DNA from: Spirochaetia bacterium
Lineage (GTDB): Bacteria; Spirochaetota; UBA4802; UBA5550
Direction of reading: 5' to 3'
Length of the DNA: 64,000 nt
Assembly: GCA_009885955.1 (NCBI GenBank)
Contig: VFJS01000042.1
Coordinates: 4,623-68,622 of the forward strand
Under the pieces are notes generated by a model, which worked only from the letters and a program-made list of their open reading frames with translations, was not told the DNA's origin and did no database searches. Of the stretch, positions 19,224 to 30,048 are shown one piece after another. Position numbers and translations under genes: made by a program. The first letter of the stretch is position 1. Every line of letters starts with the position of its first letter.

Positions 19224-21176
19224 ATGTTTGCCGATGTCTACGTATCATCCCCTGTTGAAGGGGTATTCACTTATAGGATACCGGAATCACTGAAGATTTT
19301 GCCGGGCATGAGGGTATTGGTAAATTTCGGAAGACGCACGGCAACAGCTTTTACAATTAATGTTCATGACAATGCCCCTGCGGATGTTGTGATAAAGGAT
19401 ATACTATCGGCAATTGACCCGGGGCCTATTTTTGACGGCAAGCTTGTTGAACTTGCCCGTTTCGTTTCATCGAACTACCTCTCATCACCGGGTGAGGCCC
19501 TGGCAATGGCCCTGCCGTCCGGGCTGAAGCCTTCCGGCAGGCGCAAAACGGAGATCGATTTCAATGGGCCTGCCTCCATCACCCTGTCAGAGGAGCAGGG
19601 CAAAATTTTTAATGTCATACTGGATCTCTATGCAGGCGGGTCGCTCTATCACCTCCTTTTCGGCATCACAGGGAGCGGCAAGACCGAGATTTACATTGAA
19701 ATCTGCAGGCACTTTACCAGGGCGGGAAAATCGGTAATTTTCATGGTGCCGGAAATTTCCCTGTCGTCGCAGATATTTCAGAGGCTCAGCGCCGTATTCG
19801 GCAATGAACTCATCGTGTACCACAGCGGGCTGCCGGCAAGCCAGAGGCTCCATGGCTGGATGCAGTTTTATGCAGGCGAAAAGAAAATTGCCGTGGGGAC
19901 CAGGTCTTCCGTGTTCCTGCAGTGCCCCGGGCTTGGCGCGATAATAATCGACGAGGAGCACGACGGATCATACAAGGAGAACAGCACGCCGAGATACAAT
20001 GCCAGGAGGATAGCCTTCTATAGAACAAAAACCGAAAATTCTCTCCTCCTTCTCGGGTCGGCGACCCCGTCGGTGGAGACGCTGTATGCATCGGAGCGCG
20101 GCAGCCTGAAGCTCCACAGGCTTGAGAAAAGGTTCGGGAATGCGGCGCTCCCTGAAATAGAAATTGTAAAAATTTCATCCATGAAGTCCCCTGTCTCCTC
20201 TCTGCTGAAGCTATATACAAAGAAGGCCGTTGACAGCGGACATCAGGCCATATACCTTCTCAACAGGAGGGGGTTCGCGCCTTTTGTCATCTGCAATTCC
20301 TGCAGCCATGTTATTGTCTGCCCTGACTGCGCCATAAGCCTCAACTATCACCGTGACGGATTTATGCTCTGCCATTACTGCGGTTACCGGAAGCCTCTCC
20401 CGCAGAAGTGCGGGAAGTGCGGTTCAGAAGAATTGGATAAGGTGGGCTCTGGAACACAGAGGGTTGAGGAGCTCATGGAAAAGAACTACAGTGATTTCCG
20501 GATTTTCCGCCTCGACAGGGACAGCGCCAGGAAAAAGGGTACCGCGGCTGATATGATAGGCAAAATGAAAAGGGGCGAGGTGGATATTCTCCTGGGGACG
20601 CAGATGGTGGCAAAGGGGTTTGATTTTCCCGGGGTAACTGTCGTCGGCATTCTCCTGGCCGACATAGGATTGAACATCCCCGACTTCAGGGCATCGGAGC
20701 GGATCTTTTCACTTCTCGTTCAGGTGGCAGGGAGGTGCGGCAGGGGGGAACACCGTGGCAAGGTGGTGCTCCAGACCCTGAATGATGAACTCGATTTTTA
20801 CCGGTTTGTAAAAAATCACGATTATTACGGCTTTTATCAATGGGAGCTCATGAACAGAAAGGCCCTCTCCTATCCTCCCTATTCCAGGATAATCCGACTC
20901 CTTGTACGGGGGTTTGATGAAAAAGTCGTGGCCGATTCCATTAAAATTTTAAAAGGTGAACTGGAGTGTAACATTGCCAGGGCCGGGAGCATCATATCGA
21001 TCATGGGCCCCTCTGCAGCGCCCTTTGCCAGGATCGGAAAAAATTTCCGTCACCACATGCTCCTGAAATCCGTGGATGGGGAGGCCATGAAATCAGCTGT
21101 TTCTGAATCGAGGAAGGTTCTTGCAGGGAAAAGGGTTTATCTTGAGATCGATGTTGACCCCCAGGACATGCTCTGA
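19224..21176 (+). CDS. priA: primosomal protein N'
   Basis: GITGSGKTE, IDEEHD, four CxxC pairs, GTQMVAKG, QVAGRCGR, IDVDP. Confidence 0.97.
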   Translation: MFADVYVSSPVEGVFTYRIPESLKILPGMRVLVNFGRRTATAFTINVHDNAPADVVIKDILSAIDPGPIFDGKLVELARFVSSNYLSSPGEALAMALPSGLKPSGRRKTEIDFNGPASITLSEEQGKIFNVILDLYAGGSLYHLLFGITGSGKTEIYIEICRHFTRAGKSVIFMVPEISLSSQIFQRLSAVFGNELIVYHSGLPASQRLHGWMQFYAGEKKIAVGTRSSVFLQCPGLGAIIIDEEHDGSYKENSTPRYNARRIAFYRTKTENSLLLLGSATPSVETLYASERGSLKLHRLEKRFGNAALPEIEIVKISSMKSPVSSLLKLYTKKAVDSGHQAIYLLNRRGFAPFVICNSCSHVIVCPDCAISLNYHRDGFMLCHYCGYRKPLPQKCGKCGSEELDKVGSGTQRVEELMEKNYSDFRIFRLDRDSARKKGTAADMIGKMKRGEVDILLGTQMVAKGFDFPGVTVVGILLADIGLNIPDFRASERIFSLLVQVAGRCGRGEHRGKVVLQTLNDELDFYRFVKNHDYYGFYQWELMNRKALSYPPYSRIIRLLVRGFDEKVVADSIKILKGELECNIARAGSIISIMGPSAAPFARIGKNFRHHMLLKSVDGEAMKSAVSESRKVLAGKRVYLEIDVDPQDML

Positions 21177-21461
21177 GGAGTTTTTGCATGTTTTCTTTGA
21201 CATGGCCCGGTTTTTTTCCTATGTTTACATGTGCCGGACTGTCGATTATTAACTGAGGATACCTGGATTAATAATATCAGGATATCCCTCTTAAACAGCA
21301 GATTATAATAAAAAAAATTGCCTTTTTATTATAATCATATGTAATAAATAAAAGGCATCACTAATAATAATTTTTAATTCCGGGAATTCCTGATATGTGC
21401 GAATTCAATCGTAAATGCTAATTTTTACAGTGATCTAAAAAAATCGATACAGGTAGTACCA

Positions 21462-22853
21462 TTGGGAAAATTAGTTAAAATTCAGGACAACATAAACAGG
21501 AAGAAAAAAGATTCCGAAGCCCTGGTCAGGAGTAAAAATTCCAAAATAAAAGACCTGCAGATGGATGTTCAGAGGCTGAACGGGCAGATCAAGGGTTTAA
21601 CCCAGAGCATTGATACCATAAACGGCCTTTATCTTGAATCGGCACAGGCATCGGTAGACCTGCTGTCAGACCTGGAATACCACAAGTACAAGGCAAGCTT
21701 TGTCGATTATTCAATACGGCACACATCGAGTTATGAAAAGCTCAGGCAATGCATCAACGCCATCATTAAATATTTTCTCCATGAATTGAAATGCTGCAGC
21801 ATATCAATTTCATACACCGGTGTGAATAAGAAAATCATAGAAATCCTGACGAAGAAATCATCAAGAAACCATGGGCATATGCCGGGATTTTCAGGGGAAA
21901 AGTGCAATATTTACAATATGAAATTGGTTGACATCCTGTTTCCTGAAAGGGTCATCGGCAAAATAACCGTGGGCAGGGAGCCCTACAAGGACAGGAGAAA
22001 GGAAAAGGCCTTTGGAATGAAAGTTAAGAAGGAGATCCTTTTTGTCAAAAGGCTGCTGGAAAATCTGATCTCGGAAATACACAACAAGGAGCTTGCAGTA
22101 AAGGATGCCCTTACCGGACTTTACAACAGGAAATACCTTGATGAAAAACTGACTGACAATTTCAACAGCGTTGACCTTTTTTCCGGTCTCGATGCCCAGG
22201 AACATATGGTTTTGAGCATCATCATGGGAAAGGACCCCAAACCCTACAGCATGATCCGCGATCTCTTTTTTGCCGAGAGCAAGGGGAAGGATGAGTTCCT
22301 TCTCCAGAAGATTCTCCTGAAGCTGTCCGGGTTGAACATGATAACAAAGAGCAGCGATAAATACCTTAACCAGCTTACAGATCATTATTCTTTTATCAAT
22401 TCAAAAAAGGATTATACCCTTTATGTGGCCATGTTTGACCTTGACCATTTTAAGGATGTGAACGATAACTGGGGCGGGCACGGCATGGGGGATATGGTCC
22501 TGATAAACTTCGCGTCAATAGTAAAAACTTATATACGGACCACTGATATTGCCGTAAGGCAGGGAGGTGAGGAGTTCATAATAATTTTCAGCCGCGCCAT
22601 GTCCATGACAAAAATCTGGGAGGTCCTGGAAAGGATCAGGCAGGTGTGCGAAAGTTCCTTAATCGTGAAGTACAAGGGGAGGGAGAGGAATGTAACCGTG
22701 TCTATCGGGCTCACGCAGATCAACAAGCTTGATTATAATATCCATCAGCTGACCAGCAGGGTGGACAAGGCCCTTTATATGGCTAAAAAAATGAGAAATA
22801 AGATTGTTGCCGTTGATGAGGATTATGACGGATATTATAAAATTGACATGTAA
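21462..22853 (+). CDS. diguanylate cyclase (GGEEF) with internal insertion
   Basis: DALTGLYNR, FDLDHFKDVND, RTTD I-site, GGEEF, TVSIG, DKALY.AK. Confidence 0.9.
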   Translation: MGKLVKIQDNINRKKKDSEALVRSKNSKIKDLQMDVQRLNGQIKGLTQSIDTINGLYLESAQASVDLLSDLEYHKYKASFVDYSIRHTSSYEKLRQCINAIIKYFLHELKCCSISISYTGVNKKIIEILTKKSSRNHGHMPGFSGEKCNIYNMKLVDILFPERVIGKITVGREPYKDRRKEKAFGMKVKKEILFVKRLLENLISEIHNKELAVKDALTGLYNRKYLDEKLTDNFNSVDLFSGLDAQEHMVLSIIMGKDPKPYSMIRDLFFAESKGKDEFLLQKILLKLSGLNMITKSSDKYLNQLTDHYSFINSKKDYTLYVAMFDLDHFKDVNDNWGGHGMGDMVLINFASIVKTYIRTTDIAVRQGGEEFIIIFSRAMSMTKIWEVLERIRQVCESSLIVKYKGRERNVTVSIGLTQINKLDYNIHQLTSRVDKALYMAKKMRNKIVAVDEDYDGYYKIDM

Positions 22854-22884
22854 AGGGTATCATCGGGATAAATCCTGTTCCATC

Positions 22885-23295
22885 TTAATTCATTTTATCG
22901 AAAAATTTTCCATCCTTCCACATACCGCTTTTAACCAACCCGTCTGGAAAGGTCATGGTACCGAACCCGTCCATGAGGTTGTTCTTCCATTCCCCTTCAT
23001 ATATTGAACCGTTGGTGAAGCTATATATTCCTTTGCCGGTAATACTACCCCGGGTGAAGTCGCCTTCATAAAAACTGCCGTCACTGATAAATAATCTGCC
23101 ATGCCCGTGCATTGTGTCATCCTTCCAATCGCCTTCATATCTGTTTCCCATGTCCATCTGGAAGATTCCGGTCCCGTCCCTCAAATCGTCCTTGAATGTA
23201 CCTTCATATTTTGATCCGTCCTCAAGATCCAGGGTCCCGAAACCGTTTTTTTTCCCGTTTTTCAGCTCACCCTTGTAAATTCCAGCCTGTTTCAT
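22885..23295 (-). CDS. MORN-repeat protein
   Basis: Five YxGxW/F...G.G repeats. Confidence 0.9.
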   Translation of the reverse strand: MKQAGIYKGELKNGKKNGFGTLDLEDGSKYEGTFKDDLRDGTGIFQMDMGNRYEGDWKDDTMHGHGRLFISDGSFYEGDFTRGSITGKGIYSFTNGSIYEGEWKNNLMDGFGTMTFPDGLVKSGMWKDGKFFDKMN

Positions 23296-23531
23296 TTTTG
23301 CCCCTTTGATTTCATTTAACAGCAGCTTTTAAAAATGTAAGGTTTTGAAAGAGGCGCGTCAATTTAAAATTTAATTTTACGGAAATAAATATTTTCAGTT
23401 AATCAAAAAAAGGCTTGAACATTTACTCCGACAAATAATTTTATATGTTATATAATTATTTGAGGTTCCCTTTTACATTATGTCATAGAGCTGCAGGCAT
23501 AATAAATTTTATTTTGTCTATTTAAATAAAA

Positions 23532-25799
23532 ATGACCATTATTAAACAAATTATTAAATGGATTTTTTCCCATAAAAAAATTGTATTTATATATATTCCC
23601 GCACTCTGCTCTTTTTTATTGTCCCTGTATATTTTTATCATCTATCTGAACTGGAAACAGGACAGGGAAAAAGCAATGGCAGTTCTTTCCCGGTATAAAA
23701 AGCTGATTGACCGTACCGAAGAGCTGAGAAAGGGGCAGATATACAGCTATAGCGATGTGGATCTTACTGCCAAGGTTGTCGATATCCCTACAAGGATTTA
23801 TGACAGGAACAATGAAATAATAGGAGAATTTTTTGAGCAGAAGAGGGAGATTGTTCCATTCAGTTATATTCCCGAATGGCTTGTGAAAGGGGTCATTGCA
23901 AGCGAGGACAGGGAATTTTACAGGCACAATGGAATAAGCTATAAGGGGATTCTCCGCGCTTTTTTTGTGAACATAGCGCATTTCGGCGTTGCCCAGGGAG
24001 GCAGCACCGTAACGCAGCAGCTCGGAAAGGTGCTCTTTACCGATATGGTGAGAAGTTTAAAGAGGAAGGTTTACGAGACTTTTTCCGCCATTGACATTGA
24101 GAAGCTGTATGACAAGCAGGACATCATGTCAATGTATCTCAACCTGATTTATTTCGGGAACGGCGCATACGGCGTGGAATCGGCAGCGAAGATGTTCTTC
24201 GGTACCTCGGTGAAGTCGCTGAGTGAAGTGGAATGCGCCATGATTGTGGCCACCATATCGAGCCCCAGGATCTACTCTCCTCTCCTTAACCTTAATAACT
24301 CGGTGAAAAAAACCAGGCGCATACTGGAGTCCCTTGTGGACGCCGGTTATTTAAAGAGCGCGGCCGCTGAATACCGGTTCAAGCAGTTTATAAAGAAATG
24401 GGACATCAAATTTGACGGAGAGAACAGGGCCCTATCCTCGCTTATCGGCAGATTTGTCTACAGCACCTACCGGGTGAACAGGTCCCCGTTTTTTAATGAG
24501 AGTATCAGGCGGATTCTTGTCAGGAAATTCGGTGAAGAGGTGGTTAAAAAGGGGGGCCTTACCGTATACACCACCATTGAGGCGGAAAAGCAGGATGCCG
24601 CGGTGAAGAGCCTCAGGCTCGGAATAGAGAACCAGAGGAATTACCACTCAGCCCTGGCAAAAAAACTGGGCAATTCGAAAAACGGTGAACTTGAATTAAG
24701 GAAAAGTAAAAAAATAGAAGGGGCCCTTGTGTCGATGAATCCTGAATCCGGCGAGATTATCAGTTATGCCGGCGGATATGAATTCACGGTATCGAGCCAG
24801 CTCGACCATGTTGAACAGGTGGAAAGGTCCCCTGGCTCATCCATAAAACCGGTAATTTATGCCGCAGCCATAGAGAACAGGGACATCACTGCATCTACTA
24901 TATTTGTTGATGAAAAGACCGTATTCAAGGGCGGGTATGCCCCGTCCAATTATGACAGCACCTTTGAAGGGAGGATGATTGTCCGTGAGGCTCTCCGTAA
25001 ATCGGTGAATATCGTAGCAGTAAAGGTCCTTGAAAAGACCGGCTACGACAGGTCCTTTGAAATAATACAGAAGAGCCTCGACCTGCCCGGAGATGAGTTC
25101 GGCAGAAGGTTCAGGAAAACACTCTCCTTTGCGCTTGGAGCTTACGAGCTCTCGCCCCTTGAGAATGCCGTTCTGCACTCCACCATAGTCAACGGAGGCA
25201 AGTTTGTTAAACCCTACGGCATCAGGTTTGTGAAGGACTACAATGGAAACATCGTATGGAACAATGAAGAGGCCGTGCAGGCTGATATCAGCGAAGCGAG
25301 AAAGAGGATCGGGAAGATTATCGACCCCGTTTCCTGTTCCATCATTTTGTCGATTCTTATCGACCCCCCCTATTCTCCGTTACAGGGCAGAAAATTCAAA
25401 TTTGATACAGCGGCAAAGACAGGGACCAGCTCAAACCACAATGACGCCTGGGTTGCGGGTTACGTAAAGGACATGGTTACCGTGGTATGGATCGGAAACA
25501 GTGAAGGGGCCATATCCCTGGGGAATGGAAGGAGCGGCGGCATAGTTGCCGTGCCTGTATGGGCCAATTACCTGGCGGAAATATACCGGAAGGGCGGCCC
25601 TGGAAATTTTGCCCTGGCCGAGGACGGTATTTCAAGGGAGAGAATCTGCCTTGACTCCGGTGAGGTTGCAGGAAAAAATGGGGAATGCCCCAGGGTATTC
25701 CCGGGCCAGCTCTACTATTCAGGAACGGAGCCCGGGAGATATTGCCGCCTGCATGTGAAGGAAGAGGCCGGGGATAAAACATCAGCCCCCGGCAGATAA
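23532..25799 (+). CDS. class A penicillin-binding protein (transglycosylase/transpeptidase)
   Basis: EDREFY.H.G, GGSTVTQQL, YLNLIYFG; transpeptidase SSIK, SVN, KTG motifs. Confidence 0.95.
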   Translation: MTIIKQIIKWIFSHKKIVFIYIPALCSFLLSLYIFIIYLNWKQDREKAMAVLSRYKKLIDRTEELRKGQIYSYSDVDLTAKVVDIPTRIYDRNNEIIGEFFEQKREIVPFSYIPEWLVKGVIASEDREFYRHNGISYKGILRAFFVNIAHFGVAQGGSTVTQQLGKVLFTDMVRSLKRKVYETFSAIDIEKLYDKQDIMSMYLNLIYFGNGAYGVESAAKMFFGTSVKSLSEVECAMIVATISSPRIYSPLLNLNNSVKKTRRILESLVDAGYLKSAAAEYRFKQFIKKWDIKFDGENRALSSLIGRFVYSTYRVNRSPFFNESIRRILVRKFGEEVVKKGGLTVYTTIEAEKQDAAVKSLRLGIENQRNYHSALAKKLGNSKNGELELRKSKKIEGALVSMNPESGEIISYAGGYEFTVSSQLDHVEQVERSPGSSIKPVIYAAAIENRDITASTIFVDEKTVFKGGYAPSNYDSTFEGRMIVREALRKSVNIVAVKVLEKTGYDRSFEIIQKSLDLPGDEFGRRFRKTLSFALGAYELSPLENAVLHSTIVNGGKFVKPYGIRFVKDYNGNIVWNNEEAVQADISEARKRIGKIIDPVSCSIILSILIDPPYSPLQGRKFKFDTAAKTGTSSNHNDAWVAGYVKDMVTVVWIGNSEGAISLGNGRSGGIVAVPVWANYLAEIYRKGGPGNFALAEDGISRERICLDSGEVAGKNGECPRVFPGQLYYSGTEPGRYCRLHVKEEAGDKTSAPGR

Positions 25800-25808
25800 A
25801 GGAAAATT

Positions 25809-26669
25809 ATGACAGACAGAATCCTGATCACCCTATCCCTGATACTCCTGGCCCTGACGAACCTCTCCTTCAGCTGGCCCCTGAGAAACGCGTCCGTTAC
25901 ATCAACCTTTGGCGAATCGAGGTGGGATCATTTTCATGACGGGCTGGATATGATATCGGAGTCCGGAAAGATATATCCCGTTGAACAGGGGAGCCTCCTC
26001 TATTTCTGGGACAAGGCGGCATTTCCCCTGGAAGAATATCCCTGTATCGGTAATTTCAAAGTATTAGGGCATGATGGGGGGAAATTTTCTTTCTACATCC
26101 ATCTCGATGACGGCCATGTTCAGAAAAAATCCTACGGGAAGGATGATAGTTTAGGGCTTGTGGGCAATACGGGCCGCTCATACGGGAGGCATCTCCATCT
26201 TGCAATTTTTGATTCCAAAAACAGGTCATCGGTGAACCCTCTCATGGAATTGCCGGGCATTGCGGACAGGAAGGAGCCGAGGATTGGCGAGATGCTGATA
26301 AAAATCGGCGATAAGTATATAACGCTGAAGAACAATGCCCAGATACGGCTTACACAGCACTTCCCGCTGCTCATAAAAGTTGAGGACAGCATAAGGGGGA
26401 GTGAAAGGCTCGGCGTGTACAGGCTTACCGTATATGCCAATGAAAAAAAGATGGCTGATTATGACTTCAGCAGGGTTGTCCCGTCGGAAAAGGGTTTCCG
26501 GATAAGCGGAGCGGACTATGAAGGCATATACGACCAGATGGGGTACTATAAAGTTGACGGCATCAGGTACCAGCAGGGTAAAAATGAGTTCAGGGTGATT
26601 GCATCGGATTTTGCCGGGAATACTTCGGAAAAAATTTATACTCTGAATGTTAATCTTGATATGAAATAG
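25809..26669 (+). CDS. M23-family metallopeptidase
   Basis: Signal peptide; HDGLD and GNTGRS.G.HLH. Confidence 0.88.
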   Translation: MTDRILITLSLILLALTNLSFSWPLRNASVTSTFGESRWDHFHDGLDMISESGKIYPVEQGSLLYFWDKAAFPLEEYPCIGNFKVLGHDGGKFSFYIHLDDGHVQKKSYGKDDSLGLVGNTGRSYGRHLHLAIFDSKNRSSVNPLMELPGIADRKEPRIGEMLIKIGDKYITLKNNAQIRLTQHFPLLIKVEDSIRGSERLGVYRLTVYANEKKMADYDFSRVVPSEKGFRISGADYEGIYDQMGYYKVDGIRYQQGKNEFRVIASDFAGNTSEKIYTLNVNLDMK

Positions 26670-26725
26670 GCGTTGGAAGAGGACTGCTCTAACGGGTAAT
26701 CATCATAGTATTCAGGAGGGAATTC

Positions 26726-27136
26726 ATGGCAAATATCCTGCCATATATCAGAAGGAAGATGAATATGAAACAGAATGACCTGGCCAGGGCGCTGAAGGTG
26801 TCGCCCTCATATTTATGCAAAATTGAAAACGGGTCAATGGAACCGAATGAAAAATTCATGGTCAGCTGCGCGGAATATCTGAATATGCCAAGGCTGATAC
26901 TTTTCCCGGAGAAAGTTGTCAGGGAAAAAATAGGGAAAATGGAATCCAGTCTCTCCAATAATATATGGGCAGCCAGGCAGCAGAGGGGGATTAAACAGTA
27001 TGAGCTCGCGCGGCTCCTGGAATGTTCTCCTTCATATCTGTCAAAGATTGAGAAGGGCCTTCAGAAACCGGGCCATGGCTTCAAGGCGAAATGCGCGAAG
27101 ATCCTAAAAAAGAAGATTAATGAACTTTTTATATAA
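26726..27136 (+). CDS. tandem XRE-family HTH regulator
   Basis: Two copies of Q..LAR.L..SPSYL.KIE.G. Confidence 0.9.
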   Translation: MANILPYIRRKMNMKQNDLARALKVSPSYLCKIENGSMEPNEKFMVSCAEYLNMPRLILFPEKVVREKIGKMESSLSNNIWAARQQRGIKQYELARLLECSPSYLSKIEKGLQKPGHGFKAKCAKILKKKINELFI

Positions 27137-27143
27137 ATAAACC

Positions 27144-28403
27144 ATGCAGTCCTATTCCCTGGAAATATTTATCATCATACTTTTTGCGCTGTTATCCGCT
27201 TTTTTTTCAGCATCGGAGACAGCCCTGTTCTCCCTCAAGAGGGCCGACCTCCACAGGTATTCCCATTCGGAATTTTCTCTACTCAGGCAGATTGCCGCAA
27301 TAATGACAAAGCCCCAGAATATCCTTATCACAATATTAATCGGAAACCTTTTTGTGAACTTCATCATTTCGGCGCTTACGACGAAAATCATGCTTGACCA
27401 CTACAGTGAATACGGGCATTTTATTTCCATCGGGATTGTAACGCCGATCATGATCATATTCTGTGAGATATCCCCGAAGATCATCTCCATAAATTTCTAT
27501 GAATCCGTTTCAAAAAAGATATACCCCCTTCTCAATATATTTCATAAATTATTTTTTCCCCTGAGGATTGTCATTTTTCTGGCAATGGACTTTATGATCC
27601 GGGCATTTAAGCTGAAGGGGCAGCAGAAGAAAATTACCGAAGATGAACTCGATATCGCCATAAATGAAGGCGAAAAGGAGGGCATCATTGACAGGGAAGA
27701 GGGGGAATTCATGAAGAATGTTCTCCGCTTTTCAAGGAAAAACGGCGCCAATATCATGTTCCCGAGAAACAGGGCCGTATTCATATCCGTTGACGCAACC
27801 ATAGAAAGCGCAATGAAGGTATTTCTTGATTCCGACATCATCAGGGCTCCGGTATACAAGGATGACATTGACCATGTCGTCGGCATGCTCGATTCAAAGG
27901 AGCTGATCCCCTATTTTCTCGGGATGAAAAAAGCAAAGCTTATCAAAAGGTTTATCCGTAAAATTGAATTTTATCCTTCTTCCATCGAGCTGAACGACCT
28001 CCTGAATGAATTTCTGGAAAAGCGGATCCAGCTTGCCGTGATGGTTGATGAATACGGCGGCACCGACGGGATTGTCTCGCTGAACTCAATACTTTCAGAG
28101 CTCATGGGCAAAAAGTTCAGCAAGTGGGATGTGGATACCAGGCCCGATATAAGGATATCGGCGGATGATGTCTCGGTTATTTCCGGAGAGATGCAGATAG
28201 ATGATTTCAACTTTTTTTTCGGGCAGAAACTCATGAGCAGCGATTCGGACACCGTGGGCGGGTATATTATCGAAAAAGTAAGCAATTTTCCGAAGAGGGG
28301 GGAAAAGATTAAAATAGGGGGATTAACCCTCCGCGTCAGGTTCATCAGAAAGAACAAGATTGAAACAATAGATGTTATTCACAGGAAAACCAGGAAGGAG
28401 TGA
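27144..28403 (+). CDS. CNNM/CorC-HlyC family protein (CNNM-CBS-CorC), copy 1
   Basis: FFSASETALFS, EISPK, VDEYGG, CorC C-terminal domain. Confidence 0.92.
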   Translation: MQSYSLEIFIIILFALLSAFFSASETALFSLKRADLHRYSHSEFSLLRQIAAIMTKPQNILITILIGNLFVNFIISALTTKIMLDHYSEYGHFISIGIVTPIMIIFCEISPKIISINFYESVSKKIYPLLNIFHKLFFPLRIVIFLAMDFMIRAFKLKGQQKKITEDELDIAINEGEKEGIIDREEGEFMKNVLRFSRKNGANIMFPRNRAVFISVDATIESAMKVFLDSDIIRAPVYKDDIDHVVGMLDSKELIPYFLGMKKAKLIKRFIRKIEFYPSSIELNDLLNEFLEKRIQLAVMVDEYGGTDGIVSLNSILSELMGKKFSKWDVDTRPDIRISADDVSVISGEMQIDDFNFFFGQKLMSSDSDTVGGYIIEKVSNFPKRGEKIKIGGLTLRVRFIRKNKIETIDVIHRKTRKE

Positions 28404-28406
28404 TTA

Positions 28407-29663
28407 TTGGAAACGTATTATTACAAGCTCATGGTCCCGGTATTGTTCCTGCTCTCACTGTTTTTTTCAGGGGCTGAAACGGCAGTAGTATCAGCAAACA
28501 GGATGAGGCTTGAATCTTTTTTGAGAAACGGGAATAGAAGGGCAGGCAGGGCCATTTTTATCCTGGATAACATTGAGGACGCCGTTGGGATGCTCCTCAT
28601 AGGGAATAACATCGCAAACATCGCTTCTACTGCCTTCATCACATACATCGGGACAAAGGAGTTCATGCTCAATGAACAGCAGCTGGTGGGAGTGACAGTG
28701 ATACAGACCGTGATCTTTCTTATATTCTGCGAAGTGACTCCAAAGGTTATAGCCAGGTCCAAGTCGGAAAAATTTCTTATGTTTTTTTCCTATCCGGTGA
28801 TCATGCTCATGATCATCTTCAAACCCTTCAACAAGGTTTCTCTCTTCTTTGCAAAGATGGTGAAAAAAGCCATGAAGGTCAAGGAATCGAGGAATTTAAT
28901 AGTCAGGTCAAAGGATGAACTCGACTTCCTTTTTAAACTCGGCCACAAGGAGGGGCTTTTTTACGAAGACCACCAGGTATATGTCTCGGAGATACTTTCT
29001 TTCAAGGACCTGAGGGCAATAGAGATTATAACGCCCACTGTGGATATTATTTCCATCAGCCTGGACGGAACCCTGAAAAAGCTCGTTGAGATCATTGATA
29101 ACAGCAGTTTTTCAAGAATTCCCGTGTACCGGGACAGGGTCGACAACATCATCGGCTATATTTTTTACCGGGATATTTTAAAAAAGAAAGGGATACGTTC
29201 ACTATCAGAAATAATGACAAGGCCCTATTATATACCCTCGTCAAAGAACATATTTGAACTCTACCAGGAGATGTATGAAAACTCAATTCCCATTGTTTTT
29301 GTAGTCAATGAACATGGAGGTGTTGTGGGGATGATCACCAAGGAGGATATCGCCGAGGAGGTTGTCGGCGAGATTCAGACCAGCGACCACCACGAAGGTG
29401 AATTGATCATGATGGCCAACGAGAGGAAATACATTTTGTCAGGGGATCTGGATATAGAGTATTTTCAGAGATATTTTTCCATTCCCGTTGAGAAAAAGGG
29501 ATTCGAGACAATTGCAGGATTCATGAGCTATCACCTCAGGAAGATACCTAAAAAAGGCGACCGGCTCAGGTATGGAAACTGTACCTTTATTGTGGATGAA
29601 GCTACAGAGCGTTCCGTGGAAAAAATAATAATTCTTCTTGATGAGAAGAACGGGAAGCCCTGA
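28407..29663 (+). CDS. CNNM/CorC-HlyC family protein, copy 2
   Basis: FFSGAETA, LIGNN, EVTPK, FSRIPVY, VNEHGG..EDIAEEVVGEI. Confidence 0.92.
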   Translation: METYYYKLMVPVLFLLSLFFSGAETAVVSANRMRLESFLRNGNRRAGRAIFILDNIEDAVGMLLIGNNIANIASTAFITYIGTKEFMLNEQQLVGVTVIQTVIFLIFCEVTPKVIARSKSEKFLMFFSYPVIMLMIIFKPFNKVSLFFAKMVKKAMKVKESRNLIVRSKDELDFLFKLGHKEGLFYEDHQVYVSEILSFKDLRAIEIITPTVDIISISLDGTLKKLVEIIDNSSFSRIPVYRDRVDNIIGYIFYRDILKKKGIRSLSEIMTRPYYIPSSKNIFELYQEMYENSIPIVFVVNEHGGVVGMITKEDIAEEVVGEIQTSDHHEGELIMMANERKYILSGDLDIEYFQRYFSIPVEKKGFETIAGFMSYHLRKIPKKGDRLRYGNCTFIVDEATERSVEKIIILLDEKNGKP

Positions 29664-29679
29664 ACCCCCGGAAGGGGTG

Positions 29680-30027
29680 TCAGCCCTTCTTTATCATCGG
29701 CCCCAGGTCCCTGCCGCCGAATATATGGACATGGAGATGAAAGACCTCCTGGTGGGCGTCCCTGCCGTTATTGATGAGGATCCTGTATCCGCTTTCGTCA
29801 ACATCTTTGATCTTCACCACCTCTTTTACTGCAAGGAAGATATCCGACATGATTGCGCTGTTTCCGCTGTTGATATCATTTAAATCAACAATGTGTTCCC
29901 TGGGTATAACCAGTGTATGGGCCGGTGTCAGGGGGTTGATGTCGTCAAAGGCAAGAACCTTTTCATTTTCATAGACTTTTTTTGCCGGTATCTGCCCGGA
30001 AGCAATTTTACAAAAAATACAATCCAT
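29680..30027 (-). CDS. hinT: HIT (histidine triad) nucleotide-binding protein
   Basis: MDCIFCKI...HQEVFHLHVHIFGG; GGAG RBS before ATG 30027. Confidence 0.93.
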   Translation of the reverse strand: MDCIFCKIASGQIPAKKVYENEKVLAFDDINPLTPAHTLVIPREHIVDLNDINSGNSAIMSDIFLAVKEVVKIKDVDESGYRILINNGRDAHQEVFHLHVHIFGGRDLGPMIKKG

Positions 30028-30043
30028 AGATGTCTCCAGAAAT
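29916..30043. repeat. 128-bp direct repeat, copy 1 (HIT 5' end + RBS)
   Basis: 127/128 identical to 32583-32710. Confidence 0.95.
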
Positions 30044-30048
30044 TGCAC

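Noticed and set aside
27144..29663. Tandem CNNM genes as a novelty
   Set aside because: Paired CNNM/CorC genes are a common arrangement.
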